From: Anaerolineae bacterium
Lineage (GTDB): Bacteria; Chloroflexota; Anaerolineae; Promineifilales; Promineifilaceae
Direction: 5' to 3'
Assembly: GCA_026129185.1 (NCBI GenBank)
Contig: JAHCIO010000019.1
Coordinates: 4,198 to 68,197 of the forward strand
DNA length: 64,000 bases
The position numbers and the translations under genes were made by a program. Below are positions 37,667 to 47,014 of this stretch, one piece after another; position 1 is the first letter of the stretch; each line of letters starts with the position of its first letter. The notes beneath the pieces are model-generated. The model was not told where the DNA came from. It saw nothing but the letters and a program-made list of their open reading frames with translations, and ran no database searches.

Positions 37667-39691
37667 ATGACCGACAACGAAGCCGCCGCGCCGCGGCTGA
37701 CTCGAGCCGATGACCTCTACCTGTTTCAATTGCCCTCCGACCCGCAGATCTCACCCGACGGCGCGCAGGTGGCCTTCTGCGTCCAGCGCGTGGAGCGCGA
37801 GACGGAGAAGAAATACGCCAACCTGTGGCTGGCCGACAGCGACGGCGGCCGCCTACGCCAGTTCACCCACGGCAAATGGGCCGACAGCCAGCCGCGCTGG
37901 TCGCCCGACGGCCGGACGCTGGCCTTCCTGTCCAACCGCGGCAACGACGAGCAGGCCCAACTCTACCTGCTGCCGACCGACGGCGGCGAGGCCCGGCCAC
38001 TGACCGACCTGAAGGGCAACTTCGCCAACTACGAATGGTCGCCCGACGGCGCGAAGCTCGTCTGCCAGTTTCGCCGGAAGGACGCTGACGCCCTGGAGCG
38101 CGAGAAGGACGAGGCCAAGAAGAAGCTCGGCGTCTCCTTCCGCCACATCACCCGCGCCGACTACAAGTTCGACGGCGCGGGCTATCTGCCCCAAGAGCAC
38201 TGGCACGTCTGGGTCATCGACGCGACGACGGGCGCGGCCACGCAACTCACCGAGGGCGACCACGACGAGACGGAGCCGCGCTGGTCGCCCGACGGGCAGA
38301 GCATCCTCTTCGCCGCCAATCGCAGCGACCGGCCGGATATGGACCTGGACGCGACGGAGCTATACCTGATCCCGGCCGAAGGCGGCGAGGCGAAGCAACT
38401 GGAGACGCGCCCCGGCCGCAAGTTCGCCGCTGTCTTCTCGCCCGATGGGCAGCACGTGGCCTATCTGGGGCGCGACAAGCCCGGCCGCTGGTATCAGAAC
38501 GCGCGGCTCTACGTGGCCCCGCTGGCCGGCGGCGGCGCGCGCGAGGTGGGCGGCGATCTGGACCTGCACCTGTCCGGGGCGACGAACGGCGACGTGTTCA
38601 ACGACTCCACGCCGTCGCTGCCGATCTGGTCGGCCGACAGCCGGCGCGTGGCCTGCGTGGCGACGACGCGCGGCAACGAGTGGCTACTCTCGCTGAATGT
38701 CTTCGAGCCGAACGACGCGCCGCAATGGCTGATCGCCGAAGCGGGCGTGCTGGGCGGCTACACCTTCGACCGGGCGCGGCAGCGCGTGGCCTACCTGTGG
38801 TCAACGCTCGACGACCCGGCGCAACTGGTCGTCCGCGGCCTGGGCCACGACGACGCGACCGGGCCGCGAACGCTGACGGCGCTCAACCCGTGGCTGCCGG
38901 AGATCGAGACGGGCGCGATCGAAGAGGTGTGGTTCAAGGCGTATGACGGCCACGACCTGCACGGCTGGATTCTCAAGCCGCCTGGTTTCGATCCGTCGCA
39001 GCGCTACCCGTCGATCCTGCAAATCCACGGCGGGCCGCAGACGCAGTACGGCAACATCTACATGCATGAGTTCCACTACCTGGCCGCCGCCGGCTACGTC
39101 GTCTATTGGAGCAACCCGCGCGGCAGCCAGGGCTATGGCGAGGCCGTCACCGGGGCCATCTACGGCCAGTGGGGCACGGTCGATTACGACGACGTCATGG
39201 CCTGGGCCGACACTGTAGAGAAGCGGCCCTACATCGACCCGGAGCGCATGGGCGTCACCGGCGGCAGCTACGGCGGCTACATGACCACGCTGATCATCGG
39301 CCGCACCCAGCGCTTCAAGGCCGCCGTGGCCCAGCGCGTCGTCAGCAACTTCCTCAGCTTCTACGGTTCCAGCGACCTGAACGCCGGGTTGGAGCATCTG
39401 GCCGGCACGGCCGCGCCGTGGGACGACGTTCTGACCAACTGGGCGCAGTCGCCCATCAGCGCCATCGGCAACGCCCGCACGCCAACGCTGGTCATCCACA
39501 GCGAGAACGACCACCGTTGCGACCCGGAGCAGGGCGAGCAGGTGTTCGTCGCCCTGCGCCGGCTGGGCGTTGACACCGAGTTGCTGCTGCTGCCGGGCGA
39601 GTCGCACGGCGTCAGTCGCGGCGGCCGGACCGACCGGCGCATCGCCCGGCTGGAATATATGTTGGGCTGGTTTGAGCGCTATCTGAAGTGA
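37667..39691 (+). CDS. S9-family prolyl oligopeptidase/acyl-peptide hydrolase
   Basis: WSPDG propeller repeats; IHGGP, GGSYGG, D..C, ESHG catalytic triad. Confidence 0.93.
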   Translation: MTDNEAAAPRLTRADDLYLFQLPSDPQISPDGAQVAFCVQRVERETEKKYANLWLADSDGGRLRQFTHGKWADSQPRWSPDGRTLAFLSNRGNDEQAQLYLLPTDGGEARPLTDLKGNFANYEWSPDGAKLVCQFRRKDADALEREKDEAKKKLGVSFRHITRADYKFDGAGYLPQEHWHVWVIDATTGAATQLTEGDHDETEPRWSPDGQSILFAANRSDRPDMDLDATELYLIPAEGGEAKQLETRPGRKFAAVFSPDGQHVAYLGRDKPGRWYQNARLYVAPLAGGGAREVGGDLDLHLSGATNGDVFNDSTPSLPIWSADSRRVACVATTRGNEWLLSLNVFEPNDAPQWLIAEAGVLGGYTFDRARQRVAYLWSTLDDPAQLVVRGLGHDDATGPRTLTALNPWLPEIETGAIEEVWFKAYDGHDLHGWILKPPGFDPSQRYPSILQIHGGPQTQYGNIYMHEFHYLAAAGYVVYWSNPRGSQGYGEAVTGAIYGQWGTVDYDDVMAWADTVEKRPYIDPERMGVTGGSYGGYMTTLIIGRTQRFKAAVAQRVVSNFLSFYGSSDLNAGLEHLAGTAAPWDDVLTNWAQSPISAIGNARTPTLVIHSENDHRCDPEQGEQVFVALRRLGVDTELLLLPGESHGVSRGGRTDRRIARLEYMLGWFERYLK

Positions 39692-39702
39692 GGGGAAAAG
39701 TC

Positions 39703-40998
39703 ATGAACCGGAAGTTCCGTCACCTGCTCCTGTTGCTAGCCCTGCTGGGGGCGCTGCCGGCCGTGGCCACGACCGTGGCCACTGTCCACGGCCAGACCGA
39801 GCCGCCCATCTCCACCTTCCTGCCGCTGATCGACGTCGGCGACGATTGGCAGGCGTCGGAGTACGCCACCGACATCGCCTTCGGCGACGTGGACGGCGAC
39901 GGCCGCGACGAGGTGGCCATTGTCCGCAATGCCGTCATCGGGCCGCGCGTGCTGCTGCTCGATGACGCCGAAGCCGATTTCGCGCCGCTGATGACGTTCG
40001 GCGATGCCTGGGGCGCGGGTTCCTACGCCACCAGCGTCGCCCTGGGCGACGTGGACGGCGACGGCCGGGACGAGATCGGCCTGACGCGGGCGACGTCGAT
40101 CAACGAGCGGGCCATCCTCTACGACGACGCCGCGGCCGACTTCGCCGTGCTGGAGACGTGGGGCGCGGACTGGGACACGACCGTCCACGGCGTGGCCATC
40201 GCCTTTGGCGACACCGACGGCGACGGCGAGGCCGAGGTCGTCCTGGCCCACAACGGCGGCAGCGGCCCGCGCGTCTTCGCCTACGACAGCGCCGCGGCCG
40301 GCTTCGCCTTCCTGTGGGACGCGGCCGACGACTGGGGCAACCTGGCCGTGGCCACCAGCGTCGCCCTGGGCGACGCCGACGGCGACGGCCGGGCCGAGGT
40401 CGGCGTCACCCGCCGCCACGACAGCAACGCCCGCGTCTTTCTCTTTGCCGGCGACGACGGCGAGCAGCTTTGGGCGACGGGCAACAGCTGGGGAGCCGGG
40501 GCGTGGGCAACCGACATCGCCTTTGGCAACGTCGATGCCGACGCCGCCGATGAGATCGGCGTGGCCCGGCGCAACTCGGTCAACGAGCGCGGCTTTGTCT
40601 TCGACGATGCCGCCGCCGGCTTCGCCGTCCTGGCCCGCTTCGGCGAGTCGTGGAATACCAGCGCCTACGGCACGAGCATCGCCTTCGGCGACGTGGACAA
40701 CGACGGCCGCGACGAGGTAGGCCTGGCCCGCCAGACGACCATCAACCCGCGCTTCTACATCCACGACGACGCCCTGGCCGAGGGGCCGTTCGCCGAAATC
40801 TGGGCCGGCGGCTCGCGCTGGCCGGGCGAGGACTTCGCCACGGCCATCGCCTTCGGGCAGGTAAATGCCACGCCGGCGCTGGAGCTGGGCGTCGGCCGGC
40901 GCACAGCCGACGGGCCGCGCGCCTGGGTCTACGCGCCCGGCTGGTCGACGCGGCTGCCGTTCATCACCGGTGGACCGGAGGAAGAACCGGGGCCGTAG
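39703..40998 (+). CDS. Secreted FG-GAP-like seven-bladed beta-propeller protein
   Basis: Signal peptide; seven (D/S/A)(I/V)A(F/L)G(D/N/Q)xDxDGxxE repeats. Confidence 0.8.
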   Translation: MNRKFRHLLLLLALLGALPAVATTVATVHGQTEPPISTFLPLIDVGDDWQASEYATDIAFGDVDGDGRDEVAIVRNAVIGPRVLLLDDAEADFAPLMTFGDAWGAGSYATSVALGDVDGDGRDEIGLTRATSINERAILYDDAAADFAVLETWGADWDTTVHGVAIAFGDTDGDGEAEVVLAHNGGSGPRVFAYDSAAAGFAFLWDAADDWGNLAVATSVALGDADGDGRAEVGVTRRHDSNARVFLFAGDDGEQLWATGNSWGAGAWATDIAFGNVDADAADEIGVARRNSVNERGFVFDDAAAGFAVLARFGESWNTSAYGTSIAFGDVDNDGRDEVGLARQTTINPRFYIHDDALAEGPFAEIWAGGSRWPGEDFATAIAFGQVNATPALELGVGRRTADGPRAWVYAPGWSTRLPFITGGPEEEPGP

Positions 40999-41004
40999 GC
41001 GAAC

Positions 41005-41865
41005 TCAGCCGCCCAGCCCCTGGTCTTGCAGCCAGTGGAGGACGACGGCGGCCGTGTCGGCCGGCGCTTCGGCGGTCAGCATATGGCCGACGCCGTCCAT
41101 CTCGACGAACGTCGCCGCGGGCTGGAGGTTCTGCCACAGCGCCCACGCCTCCGGGTAGAGCGTGTCCGACTGTGTGCCGCGCACGGCCAGCGTCGGCAGC
41201 CGCAGACCGGGTAGCTCGTCCCAGACGTTGGCCGGCGGCCGGGCGTAGAAGCGCGCTTCCCACTCGCGCGGGTAGCGCAGCACCACCTCGCCCGTGGCCG
41301 GGTCGTCGCCCAGACCGTCGTTGACGTAGTCCCACAGGGCTTCGTCCGACCAGCCGGCGAAGACTGCCTTGTCGCGGAAGCGGGCGAAGGCGTCGGCGCG
41401 GCTGGGCCAGCGGTCGCGGCGGCGCAGCGCGGCCAGGACGAACGGCCGTTCGGCGGCCATCTGCGGGTGCGCCTGCACGGCCGCCAGGACGTGCGGCGGC
41501 AGAAAAACCGGCTCGATGAGGGCCAGCGCCCGGAAGCGCTCCGGCTGCCGGCGGGCGGCGATCATCGTCGCCACCGCGCCCAGCGAGTGGCCCACGCCGA
41601 TGACCTGTTCCAGCCCCTGCTGGTCGAGAAAGCGCAGCAGGTCGTCGGCGATGGCGTCCCAGGTGAAGTCGATGGCGGCCTCCGGCGGGCCGGCGGCGTC
41701 GCTGCCGGGCGACACGGGCCACAGCGGCCGGTGGTGGGCGGCCAGGACGTGGTAGTGTCCGGCCAGGTGACCCAGGAATTGCCGGAAGGAGCCGGGCGTG
41801 TAGGCATTGGGGTGGGAGAAGTGCAGCACGGGGCCGCGTCCGCCGAAGTCGTCGTAAGGGATCAT
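41005..41865 (-). CDS. Alpha/beta hydrolase
   Basis: GHSLG nucleophile elbow; GVGHM catalytic His. Confidence 0.88.
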   Translation of the reverse strand: MIPYDDFGGRGPVLHFSHPNAYTPGSFRQFLGHLAGHYHVLAAHHRPLWPVSPGSDAAGPPEAAIDFTWDAIADDLLRFLDQQGLEQVIGVGHSLGAVATMIAARRQPERFRALALIEPVFLPPHVLAAVQAHPQMAAERPFVLAALRRRDRWPSRADAFARFRDKAVFAGWSDEALWDYVNDGLGDDPATGEVVLRYPREWEARFYARPPANVWDELPGLRLPTLAVRGTQSDTLYPEAWALWQNLQPAATFVEMDGVGHMLTAEAPADTAAVVLHWLQDQGLGG

Positions 41866-41897
41866 AGCAGTATCGGTATGGGTCTGTTGTCCGGCGC

Positions 41898-42689
41898 TCA
41901 ACCGTTGGCGTGCGGCGTGTAATGCCGCCGCAGCCAGACGCTCAGGCCGTCGAGGCCGGGAAAGAGCACGCGCTCGGTGATGTTGGCCTGGTCGAGCTTG
42001 TCGCGAATCTCCCACTTGAGCGCCGCGGGGATGATGTAGCGAATGTGGAACTCCGGCCGCGCCGCCAGCCACTCATCCACGCGCGTCGTGGCGCTGGACA
42101 TGACCGACAGCAGCGCGTACTGGTTCACCACACGGTCATCGATCGACGGCGGTTCCAGAAAGAGCAGGCCCGGCTCGTCCTGGGCCGTGGCCAGGCCGTC
42201 GATGCCCGGGGCGACGCGGTCGAGCATCTCCACGGTGAACAGGTCGGCGCCCTCCTTCCGCAGTTCGTTCTGCAAACGCTCCGGCAGCGCGGCGTGAACC
42301 TTGACGTAGTCCACCGCCCAGATGACGCCGTCGCGGTCGAAGGCTTCCGTGTTGGCCGTGGCGAAGTGCATAGCCACGTAGGGCGAGAACGTCCAGTCCA
42401 TCAGCCGCGTCGGCAGGCCGTGGTGCTGGGCCAGCGTCAGCCAGTTCCAGTTGGAGTCGTCGGGCACGGCGTCGCGGTGGGCATACTTGCGGAAGTTGCG
42501 CAGCAGGTGCTTCTCCAGCCGGTTATAGCCGACGCCCAGGCGCATCAGCGAGGTGGACAGGTCATAGCGCGCGTCGGACAGGCCGCGAAAGGCCAGTTGC
42601 GCCCGAAAGCGGTTGATGGTGGGCTGCCAGGCGGGCTGGAACAGCTTGTCGTGCAGGTCGAGCCAACTCTCGACGAGAATGTCGCTCAT
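41898..42689 (-). CDS. FRG-domain protein
   Basis: AFRG..LAQHHGLPTRLMDWTFSPYVAMHFA. Confidence 0.92.
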   Translation of the reverse strand: MSDILVESWLDLHDKLFQPAWQPTINRFRAQLAFRGLSDARYDLSTSLMRLGVGYNRLEKHLLRNFRKYAHRDAVPDDSNWNWLTLAQHHGLPTRLMDWTFSPYVAMHFATANTEAFDRDGVIWAVDYVKVHAALPERLQNELRKEGADLFTVEMLDRVAPGIDGLATAQDEPGLLFLEPPSIDDRVVNQYALLSVMSSATTRVDEWLAARPEFHIRYIIPAALKWEIRDKLDQANITERVLFPGLDGLSVWLRRHYTPHANG

Positions 42690-43132
42690 GCCGTCGCGTC
42701 GTTCCAGTCGCCGATCCAGTGGACCCACTCCAGCCCGGCCGCCTGGGCCGCGGCGGCCAGGCGGCGGTCGGCGGTCCAGAAATGCGCGTCTTCGCGCGCG
42801 GCGAGGGCGAGGTACTGGGCGTCATAGGCTTTGCTCTGGCCGATGCGTCCGGCCCAATAGAGCGCTTGCTCGTGCAACTCTGCGGTTGGGGCAATGCTCT
42901 GGACGCCAGATTCGCGCAGTTCATAGAGTATCGGCAACGCCCTCTGCTCCCGCAATTGACCGCTGGCCACGCCACGGCGAATGGCCGTTACCAACTCATA
43001 CTCCATGAGCATTGGCGCGATGAGTTGTTCACCCTGCGCGATCCAATGACTGATCGCCGCTGTCGCCAGGTCTGCATAGGGTAGGGGCAACGCCAGGGCA
43101 ACGACCAGATTGGCGTCGATAACGATTGTCAT
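42686..43132 (-). CDS. PIN-domain VapC toxin
   Basis: IVIDAN, EYE, AYDAQYLALA, WTADRRL. Confidence 0.92.
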   Translation of the reverse strand: MTIVIDANLVVALALPLPYADLATAAISHWIAQGEQLIAPMLMEYELVTAIRRGVASGQLREQRALPILYELRESGVQSIAPTAELHEQALYWAGRIGQSKAYDAQYLALAAREDAHFWTADRRLAAAAQAAGLEWVHWIGDWNDATA

Positions 43133-43428
43133 TCGTTCAGTCCCATCCTCTGCCAGAGTTCCTCTTCGCGCTCAGCACGATCGTTGAGGATGAGTTCGTC
43201 CGGGAACGCGCCTGATTCCAGACGAATAGCTTCACGGATTTGGGCGAGTTCGGCGATTGTCGTCAGTGTTTGCCGCTTGCGCGTTTCATCGTCACGCTCA
43301 ACCAGGTAATGGGCCACAGCCTCACGGATTACTTCGGACATACTGCGCCCCTCGGCCGCGGCCAACTGCTGCAAGCTCTCGTGTTGCGCGCGCTCTAACA
43401 AAACTTGGGTGCGATAGAGTTGGGTCAT
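43129..43428 (-). CDS. CopG/RHH antitoxin
   Basis: RTQVLL..AAAEGRSMSEVIREAV; ATGA overlap with vapC. Confidence 0.85.
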   Translation of the reverse strand: MTQLYRTQVLLERAQHESLQQLAAAEGRSMSEVIREAVAHYLVERDDETRKRQTLTTIAELAQIREAIRLESGAFPDELILNDRAEREEELWQRMGLNE

Positions 43429-43486
43429 AGGTCACCTCTAAGCTATTATATTACATCTACACATGTGTATTAGCAATCTCACAATC

Positions 43487-43915
43487 TCATCGCCCAGACT
43501 CTTTGATAAGCTGATCAATCTGCTCGGTGATTTCTCGCCTTTCAAATTCCAATTGACTCAACATATCGACTAGCCTATCCATAGATAGTGACTGGGCGTA
43601 ATTCTTAGTCAACTGTGTGTGCCAAGTTATGTATTGATAATAAGCTGAACGAGCAGCCGGAGAGGATGTCATGCTAACCTTTACGTTTCCCTCTGAATCG
43701 GAAACTAAGTCCATGCTACCTAGCGCAACTATGAGTTGCGCTATTTCGTTACGCTTTCTTTCAAGCTCGTGTAAACGAGTTTGACGTTGCCAAACAGCTT
43801 CCTGGTATCTTAAGGTTCGATTTGTCACCAAGAAGCTGAAGCCTCCGGCGATTAAGGCGCCAATTAGTGTTCCTATTAATGTGAACACTCCTATGGCCAC
43901 GTCTGGATTCTCCAC
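43487..43915 (-). CDS. Low-GC hypothetical protein with N-terminal TM helix
   Basis: 142-aa ORF with SD AGGAG, in an AT-rich segment. Confidence 0.65.
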   Translation of the reverse strand: MENPDVAIGVFTLIGTLIGALIAGGFSFLVTNRTLRYQEAVWQRQTRLHELERKRNEIAQLIVALGSMDLVSDSEGNVKVSMTSSPAARSAYYQYITWHTQLTKNYAQSLSMDRLVDMLSQLEFERREITEQIDQLIKESGR

Positions 43916-44269
43916 TTAGCAACTCCTATTGAGAATAAGCTTTGGCTCAGGGGTTGATAAATTGCTAGAAAGCAGGGTTTTAGGCGCTCGCAGCAGGAGC
44001 GGCGTCAGCAGCGTGCTGCCGATGACTACTCGTTCACTGTCGACCACGCTGCGCGCTCATCGTTCAGATAGGTGGTTGTATCAATCCCTGTCACACTTCG
44101 CGGTGCAGTCCTGAAGTGACAGCCACCCAATCCTTTGGTTTGCGCCACAGAAAAAGCAGCCAATCCTGAACTGTAACAAGTAAACAATTACCCGGTTCGA
44201 TTCCAAGCTCCCGTCACACGCGGTCAGACAAGCGAATCTGGTGGCTTCGATTGACCTTAACCGATCTGG

Positions 44270-44471
44270 GGTATGTATGCAAAGTAGCGCTGGCCACGCC
44301 CGCGCCGAGTTGAAGACCCGGGGCTACTCAACGACGGTCCCTGAACAGGCCATCAGAGGTGAACGCGCGTTGTCTGAGCCGGCCTCGGCCGGCGTCGTTG
44401 CGTAGCCCGGTTGCCTTTAGGCCCGGGCAGCCTGGTCGAACAGACAGTTTCACCACTTTGCATACACGACC
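44270..44471 (-). ncRNA. Probable 6S RNA-like rod-shaped RNA (~200 nt)
   Basis: Terminal stem GTATGCAAAGTGG/CTACTTTGCATAC (G-U pairs only on the minus strand), a central bubble about 48 nt from the 5' end, and an inner stem GGGCTAC..AACGACG/CGTCGTT..GTAGCCC. Confidence 0.55.
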
Positions 44472-47014
44472 TAACCTTGCTCATTAGTCTGTTGTTCCCG
44501 CGTCAGAATCGCCAGCAATTGCCGCGTGACCTCCTTGGTGTCCGGGCCGATGTCGCCGGGCGGGCCGACGCAGGCCGGGCAGCCGGAGCGGCACTGGCAA
44601 TCGCGCACCAGTTCCAGCGCGGCGGCCAGCAACTCGTCGTGCAGCTCGTAGAGCCGCTGGCTAAAACCCACGCCGGCGGGCACGCGCTCGTAGACGACCA
44701 GCGTCGGCGCGCGCGTCACCGGGCTGATCTGCTCGGCCGAGACGCTGATGTCTTCCGGGTCGCACATCAGGAACAGCGGGGCCAGGTTGCGCAGCACGTA
44801 GCCCAGACCGCTGAGGGCCGAGCGCGTCTGCTGGCCGGCCTCGGCCCGCCGGTGGCAACTGGGGCAGAGCGTCACCAGGTTGTCGATCTGGTTGGCCTGG
44901 CGGTAGTTCTCGTTGCGGCCGGGGACGTAGCCGTATTCGCGGAAGGGGCGAATGTGGTGGACGTGCAACAGGAACTCCTCGGCGCTGGCCCCGCACGTGC
45001 GGCAGCGGTGGTTGTCGCGCTCCAGGACGAGTTGCCGCTGCTGGGACCAGTTCGGGCCGTAGTCGTTGGGCCGCAGCAAGATGCCCAGGTCTTGCAGCCG
45101 GTCGGTCAGGGCTTCGCTGAACACCAGCCAGTAGCCGGTCGTCTCTAGCGTCATGGCCGGCAGATCGATCTGGCCATAGCCAAGTGTCTCGTGGGTATAG
45201 CGGCGGATCTTGCGGTAGCCGGTGGCCTGAGTGACGACCGTGGTCTCGCCGTGGGCGACAAGCAGGCCACCCTCGATGCGCTCAGCGACCGGCTCCAGGC
45301 GGCGGATGCTGCTGCCGGCAACGGCGCGGGTGTAGTAGTCAACGTTGACCGGACGCACGCTGGCGATGCGGCCGTCCCAGTCAAGTTGCTCCACCAGGTA
45401 GGTCTGCGCCTGGTGCATGTAGATAGCCCCCTCGTAGACGAGCATGGGCGCGCTATCCAGATCCACCTGGCCAATGACGTTCGGTTGCTCCTCGCTGATG
45501 TCCTGGATGACCACGGTCTCGTCGCCGCCGGTGCGCAGCGAGACGCCGGTGGCCGGGGCGTCGCCGACGTAGTGGTACTGGTCGCGGCTGGCGTACAGAT
45601 CGCCGGCGCGGGCCAATTCCTCCAGCACCGGCCCGACGCGCGCGAAGCCGCCAAAGGACTCGTCGGCGGTGAAAGGCAGTTCGTAGGCCGCGCAGAGCAG
45701 ATGGCGGGTCAGGATGGGCAGGTTGTCGGGGTTGGTCAGGGCATACTCCGGCGAGCGGCCGAAGAGAAAGCGCGGGTGCAGGCAGAGGTACTGGTCCAGC
45801 GCGCTGCTGCCGGCGACGAGGATGGCCGCCGAGCGTTCGGCGCGGCGGCCGGCGCGGCCGACCTGCTGCCACGTGCTGGCCACCGTGCCGGGGTAGCCGG
45901 TCAGCACGGCGGCATCGAGCTGGCCGATGTCGATACCCAACTCCAGGGCGTTGGTGGCCACGACGCCGCGCACCGTGCCGTGGCGCAGCCCGGCCTCGAT
46001 CTCGCGCCGCTCCAGGGGCAGGTAGCCGCCGCGGTAGCCGGCGACGAAGGTATCACCGCGGTTCTGATAGGCCAGGTCGTCGCGCAGATAGCCGAGCAGC
46101 AGTTCAACCGTCTGCCGGGCGCGGGCGAAGACGATGGTCTGGATATCCTGACTGAGGAAAGTCACGGCGGCGTCCTTGGCCGTCAGCACCGTGCTGGCTC
46201 GCAGGCCAAGCTCCTCGTTGATGATGGGCGGGTTGTAGAGGATGAAGTCCTTGGCCCCGCGCGGCGCGCCGTTCTGAGACTCATCGACAAGGGTGAACGG
46301 CTGTTCGATTAAACGTTCGGCGTGCTCGGCCGGGTTGGCGATGGTCGCCGAGGCACAAATGAAGCGCGGATCGCTGCCATAGAAGCGGCACAGGCGTTGC
46401 AGGCGGCGCAGAACGTTGGCCACGTGGCTGCCGAAGACGCCGCGGTAGATGTGGATTTCGTCGACGACGACGTACTCCAGCGCGCCGAAGAGCGCTCGCC
46501 ACGATGGATGGAAGGGCAGGATGCCGGCGTGGAGCATGTCGGGGTTGGTGATGAGGACGCCGCCGGCGCTGCGCACGGCCGAGCGCTTGCCGCGCGGCGT
46601 GTCGCCGTCGTAGGTGTTGACGGCCACTGGCAGGCGCGCGGCGGCGATCAGGCCGGCCGTCTCCGCCTCCTGGTCATGGGCCAGCGCCTTGGTGGGGAAG
46701 AGGTAGAGGGCGCGGGCGTCGGGGCGCTCCAGCAGCCGTTGCAGGACGGGCAGGGTGTAGGCCAACGACTTGCCGCTGGCCGTGGCCGTGCTGACGATGA
46801 CATTCTCGCCGCGGCGGGCGGCCTCAATGGCTGCGGCCTGGTGGGTGAAGAGGCGGTCAATGCCCCGCCCGTGCAGCGCCGCCGCCAGCCGTGGGTCGAG
46901 CCACTCCGGCAGCGGGGCTGTGCGCGCCGGCCGCGGCGGAATGCGCTCCCAGGCGACAACGTTGGCCATGAAGTCGCGATTGAAGCGCAGATGGTCGAGG
47001 AGGGCGGGCAGCAT
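44471..47014 (-). CDS. Hrq1/MrfA-like DEAD/DEAH helicase with DUF1998 region and embedded HNH domain
   Basis: TATASGKS, PTKAL, YDGDT, TNPDMLH, VDEIH, ATNALELGID, QVGRAGR; HNH insert; C-terminal C..GCP.C. Confidence 0.92.
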   Translation of the reverse strand: MLPALLDHLRFNRDFMANVVAWERIPPRPARTAPLPEWLDPRLAAALHGRGIDRLFTHQAAAIEAARRGENVIVSTATASGKSLAYTLPVLQRLLERPDARALYLFPTKALAHDQEAETAGLIAAARLPVAVNTYDGDTPRGKRSAVRSAGGVLITNPDMLHAGILPFHPSWRALFGALEYVVVDEIHIYRGVFGSHVANVLRRLQRLCRFYGSDPRFICASATIANPAEHAERLIEQPFTLVDESQNGAPRGAKDFILYNPPIINEELGLRASTVLTAKDAAVTFLSQDIQTIVFARARQTVELLLGYLRDDLAYQNRGDTFVAGYRGGYLPLERREIEAGLRHGTVRGVVATNALELGIDIGQLDAAVLTGYPGTVASTWQQVGRAGRRAERSAAILVAGSSALDQYLCLHPRFLFGRSPEYALTNPDNLPILTRHLLCAAYELPFTADESFGGFARVGPVLEELARAGDLYASRDQYHYVGDAPATGVSLRTGGDETVVIQDISEEQPNVIGQVDLDSAPMLVYEGAIYMHQAQTYLVEQLDWDGRIASVRPVNVDYYTRAVAGSSIRRLEPVAERIEGGLLVAHGETTVVTQATGYRKIRRYTHETLGYGQIDLPAMTLETTGYWLVFSEALTDRLQDLGILLRPNDYGPNWSQQRQLVLERDNHRCRTCGASAEEFLLHVHHIRPFREYGYVPGRNENYRQANQIDNLVTLCPSCHRRAEAGQQTRSALSGLGYVLRNLAPLFLMCDPEDISVSAEQISPVTRAPTLVVYERVPAGVGFSQRLYELHDELLAAALELVRDCQCRSGCPACVGPPGDIGPDTKEVTRQLLAILTREQQTNEQG

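Noticed and set aside
44194-44204. GGTTCGATTCC resembling a tRNA/tmRNA T-loop (possible att site)
   Set aside because: The T-stem pairs poorly, there is no acceptor stem or CCA, no matching second copy and no integrase.
44270-44471. SRP RNA or RNase P identity for the rod-shaped RNA
   Set aside because: It lacks the SRP helix-8 GGAA tetraloop/AGCAG motif and the RNase P conserved regions.
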